In this document: positions 50,833 through 62,479 of the stretch, in pieces | How the letters are laid out: every line of letters begins with the position of its first letter | Numbering within the stretch: position 1 is the first letter of the stretch | Assembly (NCBI GenBank): GCA_043228905.1 | Contig: JBHGNT010000009.1 | Coordinates: 11,036,001-11,100,000, forward strand | Reading direction: 5' to 3' | Source: Azolla caroliniana | Taxonomy: Eukaryota; Plantae; Polypodiophyta | DNA length: 64,000 nucleotides | Made by a program: the position numbers and the translations under genes | The notes under the pieces: generated by a model | Databases searched by the model: none | Seen by the model: only the letters and a program-made list of their open reading frames with translations | What the model was told of the DNA's origin: nothing

Positions 50833-51560
50833 TGTCGTGATGTTTTTCATCCATGGTGAGAAAATCGAGCAGGATAGGGAAAACGAAGATGTGCAACATT
50901 GCACATGAACTTATGGAAATTGTAACATAGGGACAAATAAGCAAATGTAAAGTGTAAGGAGTTAAGGTGCTCTACAAAGTCGTTAAGTGTAAATGTGATG
51001 TGCACTTTGTGGACTAGAGGGAGGTACATAGAGAATGAGTGTAAGAGTGATGGGCATTGAGTAGGACGGCTAGAAGAGAGAGAGTTAAGGCCCATCAATC
51101 TCGAGATCGGGGCAAATATTCTCCTTTGAATGAAAGGGGAATTGACTACTCCTATTGTATTGTGCCTCACCCCTTACCACTATAAAAGGGAGTGAGGGGT
51201 CCCTTTTGAGGTTGTTGCCTATTTTGCGTATGAGAGGTATACCACTTAGTCTAGAGTTCTTACCGTTTTAGGGTTAGGGTTTCGTTTAGGGTTTCCTTAT
51301 TCATCTTCGGTTAGGGTTTTCTCATAGTCGTTTGGTGCGGCCCATGCGGCCACCATTGTTGTAATCATTCGTTTGTTTTAATATCACTTGTTGAGTATCT
51401 TGCCTCCGTTGATCTCTCTTTCTATGTCATGGTCTTATTCTTTCCTCTTCTCCTCTTGAGCTAAGCTTCCATATCATATCTTATTCTTTCTCCTCTCCTC
51501 CCTAGTTTGAGACCCCCGTGGTTCCGCCCCTTCTACACGCACGTGTGTAACAACGCGACA
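50833..51560 (+). mobile_element. Solo LTR (TGTCG...CGACA) inside the gypsy pol
   Basis: Flanks are ACAC/ACGC, and removal restores the frame FYGSTLQWLEEL. TATAAAAG lies at ~51181 and TTAGGG telobox-like motifs at 51267-51320. Confidence 0.85.
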
Positions 51561-52143
51561 ACGCTACAATGGCTTGAAGAGCTCGCGGAAGATACAAGCC
51601 AGGGAAACCGGGTAATTCCGGTGGAATCGGTCGAGATGTACGAGATCATTGCGAAAATGGGGCTAGATGCTCTTCGCAAAGAAGAAGCAATGGTAAGTAC
51701 GAAATACAAGACCGTGGAGAAGAAGGTGAAACCGGCTGCGGGACCACTACTCGCTGGTAGCGAACAAAAGAGGAAAGAAGTCTCGGGAGATCCGACACTT
51801 CGGAAGTCTGTGAATATCGGACATGCCTTCACGGATGAGACCCGGAAGAAACTTCGGATCGGTGGAGGTGGTTTCCTTTTACAAAATGAAGAAGAACGAT
51901 TCCGTAGGATGTTGGAACAACATGGGAAAGCATTTGCATTCACATCCAAGGAGATAGGGTGCGTTGATCCGAAGATAGTGGAGCCGATGGTGATCTTCAC
52001 GATTGACCATGTGCCATGGAACCTGAAGCCGATTCTGGTGCGGTGGGTACATATTCCCAAAATCATCGACTTGCTCAAGGAGAATGTGGCGATGGGGATT
52101 CTAGAGCCATCAAACGCTCCGTACTCAAATCGATGGTTTACGG

Positions 52144-55100
52144 TGTCGCGTTGCTACGCGCGTGCGTGGATAACGAGGCGGGACCACTGGGGTCTTGGAC
52201 CGAGGAATAGGTGAGGAAGCGAAAGGAGAGAGAGAGAGAGACACACACTCACACACGGATAGACAAAGAAGCACGCGGGAACGCAGCCCAACCAACACAA
52301 GAGACACAAGTTGGGCAGGAGATAGAGTATAAGAACGCGTATATAAATATATGTATGCAGATGACTCGAACGGTTACAGTCGATCAGGTCGGCGAGACGG
52401 GTGTCGACGCCTGATCACCCACGCACACAGGGGAGCAAGATGGAGATTCTGCCGGAAGCACACGGGTGTTCCATGGAGCAGAATCAGCCTCTCGAGAACC
52501 TGCACAAAGAAAGCTTATGGAGAACGACAGAGGAGAAGAGCTCGGTTCCAGTCCGACAGCTCTTCGTCCCCTCTAGCGTGCAATACCTTCTCTCCCTGTC
52601 TCCCTCTCTTTTATAGCTCAAGGAGGGAGGCCGCCTTGCCCGTTTACATCACATTAATTCTCTGTCCTTTCGGACAGAGATACTCCTCGATTCTCCCTAT
52701 AGAATATTGCTACCTAGGATCTGACCTTTGTGCCTACCTATCTACTGTACCACAAGGGGCGTGCCCACGTGTAAGGGCCGGTTTACACACGCTATACACG
52801 GTTTATGCCTGGGGACGGTTTTCTTCACGACATCCGCCCCCACCTAACCGGCATCCACCGGTATGCGCCAAAATTGGGTTCCTGCTTGGAGAAAACCGGT
52901 CCTTGCTTTTATTCCTCGTTAACCGGTTCGTCCTCCGCCTCGGGCTGCTCGTCGTTGCTGTCCGTGCCTCCTAGCTCCGGCTCACCGTCGTGTCGTTTCT
53001 TGAACGCTTTGATCCCCTTCCCCGCTACCGGTATCGCCATTCTCGTACCGTCGAGCTCCGCGAGATGGTACGTCCCATTGCCGTTGGCGCCTGTTACTAT
53101 GTAAGGCCCGAACCACCTCCTCGCAAACTTCCGCGTGGCCCTGTGCTGATTGTCGAGGCTGCTGTCGTAGACTAGCACCCAGTCGCCTTCCTCGATCTTC
53201 CTTGGCCTGGACCGGTGTGTTCGGTCGAACCGGGCTTTGTTCCTTATCCTTGCTACTCGAAGTTTCTCCGCGGCTCGCTCTACGTCCTCCGGCCTCCACT
53301 TGAGCTATCGAATCCGCGCCGCCAACAGTTCCTCCCGGCTCATCTCATCCCTCCAGTCCACCGTGGCTCACGAGGAGATCGTTCGCTCTGTTGGCATGAT
53401 CGGCTTCTGTCCGAACATCAGCTCGGCCGGCATGAACCTGGTTACCGAACTGTGCGTAGTCCGGTTCGCCCACGAGGCATAAGGTAGCAGCTGTGGCCAG
53501 TCCCCGACTTGGCCTCCGCACGCCCGTACTAGCGCTTTGACAATTGGCCCGTGTCCGCGCTCCACCTTCCCGTTCGCCTCCGGATTGTACGTTGTGGTGA
53601 GCGAAAGTTTGACTCCTAGCCGGTCGAATAGCTCTTCGGCCTCTTCTGCGTCCAACTCACCACGGTCAGCCACGATCTTCCCTACGCACCCGTATCGGCA
53701 TACTACGTCCTCAATCAAAAAGCGGCACACGGTTGCCGTCGTCTTGTTCTGCAGGGCTCGGCCTTCAACCTGGTTCGTTAGATCTTCCCGAGCCAGCACC
53801 AGATACCGCATCTATCCTACCCCCATTGGCATCGTCACCAAATCCACCATCCACTTGAAGTGGATGGTCGGAGGGTAGGTCGAGTGAAGCTCGTCTCGAT
53901 GTCGGATCATGGAGTGCACTTGACAGCTTTCGCAAGTCGTCACGAACCGATGCACATCCCGGTATAGTCCCGGCCACCAGTACTTCCCCTTTAGCTTTTC
54001 GAACGTGGCCCACGTTCCACGGTGTCCAGCCCACGGGCTATCGTGGTACGCCACCAGCAAATCCTCCTGTTCCTCCTTCTTCGCCACCACTCAGAGCGGG
54101 ACGCCGTTCCTCTTCTTTGGGTGCTTCCATATGTATCCGTCTCGGAGAAAGAATCGGTAGGCTTTCTTCCGAATCCGGTTGGCCTTGTCCTTTGTCCATG
54201 CCGCATCCGGTGTCATTGTTTTCAGGAACCCGCCGATCTGTAGCCACTCCCCGTTGTACTTGCTCTCGTCGAAATCGTTAAGGGTTGGAGTGCATTCCCT
54301 ACCGGTTCTTACGTAGGCCGCCTCGAAGAAGTCCACGCCGACTTCCTCGTCCTCCGAAACCATGCCGCCCTCGTTTTCGAACCTCGCCCTTGAAAGCATA
54401 TCGGCCAAGGTATTGTCTTTCCCGGAAATGTGTCGTACTTCCGGATTCAGGGACTTGATGTACGCTATCCACCTGAGCATTGCCAAGTCCGGCGTCGCGC
54501 ATCCGGAAACCATGCCAAGAATTGGCAGGCAGTCCGTCTCGATAATTACCTCTGTCCCGATTAGGTAGTCTTTATCGGCCTTTACTGCCGAAACGATACC
54601 CTAGAGCTCGCGTTTAACCTGGGCGTATCCTCGCTGTCGCTTGCTGAGGACCTTCGCGCCGAACCGGATCGGGAAACGCATGTCGTCCTCGCCCTCTTGG
54701 TTGACGACCCATCCGATCCCAGTCGGACTCGTGTCCACCGTTACGTAAATTGGAGTGTCCTTTCCGTAGACAGCCTTCCGGAGCGCCGGAGCTGCGGCAA
54801 GTGCTTCCTTCATCTTTCGGACAGACTCCATATGCTCATCTCTCACTCGAATTTTCGCCCCTTTTTCAGCAACCCGTATAACGGCTCCGCGACGTGGGCA
54901 TAATGCGGGATCCATATGTGGTAGAACGCGCATGCTCCCAAGAACCTCCGAACCTCCGTGACCGAGCTGTAGCCGTCCTTCATCGCGGAGATGGCTTTTA
55001 CCTTAGCCGGAGACGGTTTCCGGCCGTACGACCCGCATAGGTGTCCGACGACCATGATCTCTGCTTGCCCGAAGGCCGATTTTCCCCTGGAGAAGGTGAG

Positions 55101-58005
55101 CCTCGCGCCCTCCAACCTCCGTAGCACCTTCTCGCAGTCATCGATGTGCATCGGCACGCATTTCCCGAAAACGCTCCTCTTCTGCCAGCAGTAGGAAGCC
55201 GCCCCCACCGATTTTGAGCTCGCGCAGCGTTATGTCGGTGAACGTGTGTCCTATGCGGGCCGGATTTCATAAACTCGGGTCCAACGCAACCCCCTTTATT
55301 CGCAACCCGCTGCCCTCCGGCAAGGGAGCCCCGATTGGCCTCACCTTCCGGTCCACAGTCTTGTACCTCGTGTCCACCCGGGCCGTCCGATTCGACTTGA
55401 GCCCTCTACTGAAGTCCGTGATGACTTCGTACATCTTTTCCGAACATACCGGAATCGTCCGGTCCTCTTGAAGGACTCCTCCGACTACCTCCCGCAACTC
55501 CCCCAAGGTATCGTCGAAAGAGACTGCCTCCACGGCTCCGTTGATTTCCTCTCTAAGGTCGAGGACACCACATGCCCGAAGTCGCTCCTCCGCCCTTCTC
55601 TTGTTCCGGCCAACAACGTCGACTATCGTACACCCTCCGTTGTCGGAGAACCAAAATTCCCTACTTATAGCACAGGTCTTCCTCGCTATCATAAACTTGT
55701 GGGGTTTTCCCGGAGTGTCCAGAATATCGCGGCCCCGCACCTTGATAGCCCTCTTCAAAAATCCTCCCGACTTTCGCCCCCGAGGGTCTCGCGGTTCCTC
55801 TCATGGTTCGGTCTCACCGTCAGGAATTGGACCGAGTGACGCCCATCTTGGCTCTTGACCCTTGCATAGGCCGAGCCTTTGTCCAACACCTTGGTCTCCA
55901 TCCGTGCTGCCGTGATGTACGGTTCTCCTAGTATAACCGGATGTGAGGACGTCTCCTGCACGAAGAAGTGCTGGTCAATCTCGACATCGCCGATCTTTAC
56001 TTGTACATTCGGGCAGGCTCCATGCAGTTCTTCGGTGGCACGCGTCGCTGCCTGTATCTTCCACCCGTGCTTGGTGTTGATCGGCCATTTCCCCTTCTTA
56101 TAGAAGTCCATGGACATCAAATTGATTTCTGAACCGTGGTCCACCAACGCCACCACCGGTTCCTGAACATCTCCGATCTTCACGAGGGTCTCTGTGGTCG
56201 CTCTGGCCCAGTGCGGCCTTGAATAGTGGCTCTCCGCCAACTCGTCTTCCAGCGCCATGTCCTCTATGTGCGTCGTCCGCACCTCCACTAGCTTCTCCCA
56301 TTCTGTCTCCGTCGACAGCCTCTTCCTCTTCACCAAGTCTACGATGGAGTCGTGGAACTCCTTCTTGGCGATCCCGAGCACTTCCCTCAACGACAGTTCC
56401 ACCTTGTTGTCGAGGATTCGTTCTTCCAGGACCTTTCGCAGGTCCGTGGATCTTTCGATTTCTGTGCCTAGCCGGTACCCGCCCCTCTTGGGATTATCCT
56501 GGGCACCGGTTACACCGGCCTCATTCCGTCTTTGCCCAAATCGAGTTTCATATCGCTGCGAGGGCCATATCAGAGCCGGTTTTCCCTACCCTCTTGTCCT
56601 CCACCAGAGCCTCGTAGTTTTGACAAGCGGCTTCGACGAAGCCCGTCTTTTCCTCCACTGGGTCACTCCACCCGGTTACCTCCCGGACCCGTTTTTCCAC
56701 GCGGTCCACCTCTTCTTCCCTTACTCGTGCGCCGATGAGGCCTTCTAGCATCGTCGGCCAGAACCCAGCTTTGTTCGTTTTCGGGGCCTCGCCACCTCCG
56801 ACCCGAATACCAGCTGACGCTGAGTAGTGGACGGTCTCCGCGTGACGAGCTGCCGCCTCCTCCATCAGCCTTTTCATACCCCCTCGCCCGACGTTCAGGT
56901 TCAGGGCCCTTCGGGTCTCGCTGGCGTGCACCCAACCATTCCACAAGTACACCACGTTGCTTCTCATCGCCTTGGCGAAGTCCCCGCAGTCCTTCTGGAT
57001 GTGCCCAACCGCGTCACACCACATGCACCTGTTTTCAGCCAGAGGTCGTCGATCACGGGCCTGTTCGCCACCATCCCTCCATGCCTGGGCGATTTGGAGA
57101 TCCTTTACCATCCGCGTCAGCTCCTCCAGAGCTGCTCCCCCGGACGAGCCCTTGACCATCCTGGTTGAAGCCGACCCGGTCTCGAGCCAATCTCGGGTCT
57201 CTTCCCTTCGCGTTGGTGATGTTCGCTCGAGCTTCTTTGCTGCGACAAAGCCCGCCCCTGTCGATCCTTTGTCAACCCATTCCCGTCGTTTGTCGAAACG
57301 ACCACAAACCCTTTTCACCACGGCCCAGTCGGCCGTTAGCCCGTCATCAGTCTCCAATAGGAGACCTACCTACTCCCGATCCCGCTCGTCAACTAACTTA
57401 ACAAACAATAGGACACGACTTGTGTCCAAAACGGTCTGATCAAGCACCGAGAGGCGCGCGAAGCGTTCCTCAAACTCCTGAAGGAGCACTGTTGCGTTCC
57501 TTCCTTTGTCGGGGGTCTCCACCCACTCCATGAAGTCCCGCTTCGAAAGTCGAAGCGCATCTTCAAGCCCGTATCTTTCGAGGAGCTGACCTTCGAACTC
57601 CTCCCAGGTCCGGCTCTCGGCCCGTACCTCGAGCACCTCCGTATGGATACCCGGCATTGCCACTCGAGGGAATCCGGCTAGATGCCTCTCTTCCGGAATG
57701 TCCCTCATTACCATCTCAGCCTGGTAGGACGCCAAGTAGCTCGTGGCATCCTTCCCACTAAACCGGCCGATCATACCGACAACCGCCTCAATAGCCCTAT
57801 CAAGGGCGCCGGTGCCTTCGCGTGCACTCACTATACGGTCTACAGTCGAAGCCATGGCTTCTACAAGGTCCGATCCCCTCATCTTCTACTCCTCTGCCGC
57901 CTGTTCACGTCGGGTTCACCAAATATGTCACGTTGCTACGCGCGTGCGTGGATAACGAGGCGGTACCACTGGGGTCTTGGACCGAGGAATAGGTGAGGAA
58001 GCGAA

Positions 58006-58040
<35 letters not shown>

Positions 58041-58626
58041 GCTCACACACGGATAGACAAAGAAGCGCGCGGGAACGCAGCCCAACCAACACAAGAGACA
58101 CAAGTTGGGCAAGAGATAGAGTATAAGAACGCGTATATAAATATATGTATGCAGATGACTCGAACGGTTATAGCCGATCAGGTCGGCGAGATGGGTGTCG
58201 ACGCCTGATCACCCACGCACACAGGGGAGTAAGATGGAGATTCTGTCGGAAGCACACGGGCGTTCCACGGAGCAGAATCAGCCTCTCGAGAACCTGCGCA
58301 AAGAAAGCTTATGGAGAACGACAAAGGAGAAGAGCTCGGTTCCAATCCGACAACACTTCGTCCCCTCTAGCGTGTGATACCTTCTCTCCTCGTCTCCCTC
58401 TCTTTTATAGCTCAAGGAGGGAGGCCGCCTTGCCCGTTTACATCACATTAATTCTCTATCCTTTCGGACAGAGATACTCCTCGATTCTCCCTATAGAATA
58501 TTGCTACCTAGGATTTGACCTTTGTGCCTACCTATCTACTGTACCACAAGGGGCGTGCCCACGTGTAAGGGCCGGTTTACACACGCTATACACGGTTTGC
58601 GCCTGGGGACGGTTTTCTTCACGACG
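52144..58626 (-). mobile_element. tRNA-Trp-primed gypsy with internal RT deletion (LTRs 52144-52832 and 57926-58626; TSD ACGG)
   Basis: Similar LTRs with ACGG on both sides; the host frame RWFT|VPKKNG is restored on removal. The PBS TGGTGAACCCGACGTGAA (57904-57921) is complementary to the 3' end of plant tRNA-Trp. Gag, protease, RNase H and integrase ORFs are present. Confidence 0.95.
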
Positions 58627-61600
58627 ACGGTTCCGAAGAAGAATGGGTCACTCCGATTTATCCAAGACCTGCAACTGGTGAATAAGGTCACGATCCGGAA
58701 CTCCGGACTCGGCCCGATAGTGGACAAATTTGCAGAAGCATTTGCCGGTCGTGCGATATACTCCATCGGAGACCTATACTCGGGGTATGACCAATTCCAA
58801 CTAGCCATGGAGAGCCGAGACATCACTACCATGCGGACACCGATAGGATTAGTCTGGATGTGTGCGTTACCACAAGGCGCGACGAACTCGGTCGCACATA
58901 TGATGAATGCAATGAACAAGGTGCTTCGAGACTGCATTCCAGAGATAACAATGCCGTTCCTAGATGACATTCTGATGAAAGGATGCGCGGTCGAAGAAAA
59001 AGATGAAACTATGGATGATTGGGGATGTCGAAAGTTTGTAGTCGACCATATTCGTGATTGCGAGAAAGTGCTACAAAAGTTAGAAAATGTGCACCTAACA
59101 CTTTCCGGTGAGAAATCAACATTTGGACAAGAAGAAATATTGGTAGTCGGACATCTATGTGGGCCCTACGGCCAAAGACCGTCACCAACCAAGATCGATG
59201 TGATTCAAGCTATGAAAGAAGTATGCGAGTCACAATCCGAAGTCCGAAGGTTTCTTGGAGCTTGTGCATTTTATCACATATGGATTCCGCACTATGCACA
59301 TATTGCGGACCCACTCTATCACTTATTGCGGAAGGGGAAGAAGTTCGAATGGAAACCAGAACACACCAAAGCCATGAAGAAGCTCAAGAAAACACTATGG
59401 AGGGCTGAAGCACTGAAGAAGCCAAGCTATGAGCGACCAATCATAGTAATGGTTGATACAAGTCCAACCGGGATAGGATGGGTCATCAATCAAGCCGACT
59501 CGGATGGTTCGCGATATCCAATTCGATTCGGAGCAAAGGTTCTCAACGAAAGGCAACGCGGATATGCACAAGTCAAAAGAGAATTATGGGGAGTCGTGTC
59601 GACAATCAAATCGGATTGAGATTATTTGATCGGAGCCGAAGTAGTGATTGAAATGGATTGTCTTCCGATACTCTGGATGATGCGGTGTTGCACGATACCG
59701 GATGTGGCTATGCTAAGGTGGATTGCATATGTTAAGTCACTTAATCCGGAGGTACAACACATCTCCGGAAAAGACAACATGGTAGCGGATATTCTATCAA
59801 GGGCGCGGTTCGGAGATGACATAACCGAATCCGATAATGAAGAAGTTTCCGAAGACTACTTTGCTTCGGAGTACATATGCCGGGTGAACGTAATTCGAGA
59901 ATTCTGGGAAGAAGAATACGAGGGAGAAAGCTTGCTAATCGAGAAAGTGCTACAAGAAATCGAGGAATCATCGGACAATAAAGAGAAGAGAGCCGAGATC
60001 TGAAGTAAGAAGCGGCAAGTCCAAAAGTTCTTCTTGAAAAATGGATTAATATGGAGGGAGCCGAAAAGACCGGATGGCATACCACTTCGGGTAGTCGGGA
60101 CAAAAGAGCAACGAAACCGGATAATGTCCGAATTTCATGAATTCGATTGGGTTGGACATCGAGGATCATGGGCAACTTCTGCGAAAATCAAACAAAAATA
60201 TTGGTGGAAGAACATGTACAAAGATATAGCAGAGTTCACGGAAAGCTGAGAGAAGTGTCAAATCTACTCTAGAGTTCGACACCGAGATGAGTTACATCTG
60301 ACATTCTCACTGACAATCAACTTCAAGTGGATGGTTGATATTGTAGCCATGCCAACCGGGATCAGACAAAAGAAGTACTTGGTGTTAGCTCAGGAAGATC
60401 TCACAAACCAAGTAGAAGGTCGGGCGCTACGAAGGAAAACGTGTTTTGCGGTATGCAAATTTCTTTTGGAGGAGGTGTTTTGCAGGTATAGGTGCGTAGG
60501 ACAAGTGATTGCGGATCGGGGAGAACTCGACTCTGATAAAGCTAAGGAATTCTTCACCAAACATGGAGTTCGGTTAACACTAACAACGACATACAATCCG
60601 GAGGCCAACGGGAAAATCGAACGAGGACATAGTCCAATCGTCAAAGCACTTGCCAAAGCATGCGACGGAAGGGTGAAGGATTGGCTGCAGATGCTCCCGT
60701 ATGCACTATGGGCGGATTGGATGATGCATAGCTCTGTAACCAGTTATATGCCGACAGAACTTATGACCGGACATGCATCGGTAATGCCGATGGAAACCGC
60801 GATCGCGACATGGACAATGCTACCATGGAAGGAAGAGATGAGCCGGGAAGAACTACTAGCAGTCCGGATACGACAACTGGAGGGAAGACCGGAAGACATA
60901 GCGGAAGCGACACACCGACAACAGGAAGCGCGATTTCGGAACAAAAGCCAATTCGACATAAAGCATCGACTACGACCGCGGAAGATTGAAGAAGGAGATT
61001 GGGTGATTGTCTATGACAGTTGTTTGGATCATCAACATACAACAATACGGAAGTTCGCGAAAAGGTGGTTCGGGCCATACGAGGTTTGGAAAGTTTTCGA
61101 CAACGGAACTTACCGACTATGCGAGTTGGATGGAACGATACTACAGGTGCCTATAGCGAGGAAACGGGTGAAGATTTTCCAAGAAGCGAACTGACAAAGA
61201 ACCTTGTGTAAGCTTAGACAAGTCCGACAACGAGGAGCAATCGGACAAAGATCGTGGTGATGCGGAAAGTGAAGAAAGTGGTCTTCAATTGATAATCGAC
61301 ATACGAGAAGAATCGGAGAGTGCTACGGATGAAGAGGAACAACGAGCATCCGGAACGTCGGCACATACCGGAGGATATGCGGGTTTGGAGGGGGCGAGTG
61401 TCGTAGTGTAATTCGCACACTACGTGAAAATTACATTTTTGTCCCTCCGGATGGAATCGGTAAGGAGAACCGGTAAGAACCGGATAAAGAAGGCCGGTGA
61501 GAATCTCTCACCGGATGAAGAGACCAATTTTTAAATAGAAGAAAAGATTGTTACATGCATAGGGCAGGATTCAAACCCTGTACCTCCATGTTAACGATTA

Positions 61601-62479
61601 TTAAGCCTTACCACTATACTAGCATATTATGAATTTTAAAGTTATACTAAACTTTATCCCATGTAAATATTCTAGATATGCATGGTACAAAAAGTTATTC
61701 ATGCATACACACTCGAGTTAAAAGAAAAGATGGGATAGAAAGCTAATCATGCACATGTAGTGTGCATGAAAACTAAAGTTAGGAAAAGCATGATGCTTGC
61801 ATGTGATAAACTTAGACTCTTCCAACACTATATACGGAAGAGAGAAAGATGTATAATGGTTGTTGTTGTTTTTTTAGAAGGATTGATTAATACAAAATAT
61901 TCGTGGAATTCCCGATTTTACCATCTAATTCTCTCTTACAATCTAATTACCCATTAATACATTATACTCGTGGGATTCACGAGTTTCATATCTTCTTCTT
62001 ACAATCTCTTCCTAATGAACATGATCTCATATTCTTCTTTCTCCTAGTCCAAAACCCCAGCGGTTCCCACCCGACTCATGCAAACGATCCGGCGCCGAAA
62101 GGCACGACAACGCGATCTTCCATTCATCTCCTGGTCGGATCCGTACGAGGTTATATGCTCCCCGTAAGTCGATCTTCGTGAAGAACCTTGCACCATTGAT
62201 CCGTTCTAAAAGACTTGAGATAAGGGGAAGTGCATACCTTTTCCTGATTGTGACCTTATTCAAGCCACGGTAATCCACAACGAGATGAAGTGATCCATCT
62301 TTTTTCTTGACGAAGAAAATGGGTGCGCCGGCTAGAGATTTCAAATGCCGAATGAAACCATTTGCCAAATTTTCCTCTATATAGGCTCGAAGGACTTCCA
62401 GTTCGGTTGGTGACAAATTGTAGATCAGTCCCCATGGAGGCTCTTTTCCCGGTTGCAAATCGATGGGGCAATCATACGG

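Larger units (their letters stand above)
47818..62109 (+). mobile_element. Non-chromovirus Ty3/gypsy (Phygy/Selgy-like; clade tentative), LTRs 47818-48508 and 61399-62109, PBS tRNA-Trp 48513-48530
   Basis: Gag from 48526, protease LIDHGLEIN, RT with PFLDD, RNase H DTSPTGIG and integrase ADRGE...NGKIERGH. PPT is GGAGGGGGCGAG. No chromodomain. Confidence 0.9.
45164..62479 (-). mobile_element. Degenerate Tcn1-like chromovirus (3' LTR 45164-45595; pol pieces 45596-47817 and 62110-62479), split by gypsy insertions
   Basis: Chromodomain ORF 45588-46010, integrase and RNase H ORFs, and the RT N-terminus (PYDCPIDLQPGKEPPWG...GDEWKIA) at 62110-62479. The LTR resembles 12813-13267. Confidence 0.9.

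Noticed and set aside
52351-52974. 207-aa and 178-aa (58145-58681) ORFs in the LTRs
   Set aside because: They are antisense, lie within GC-rich LTR sequence and have no recognisable domain.
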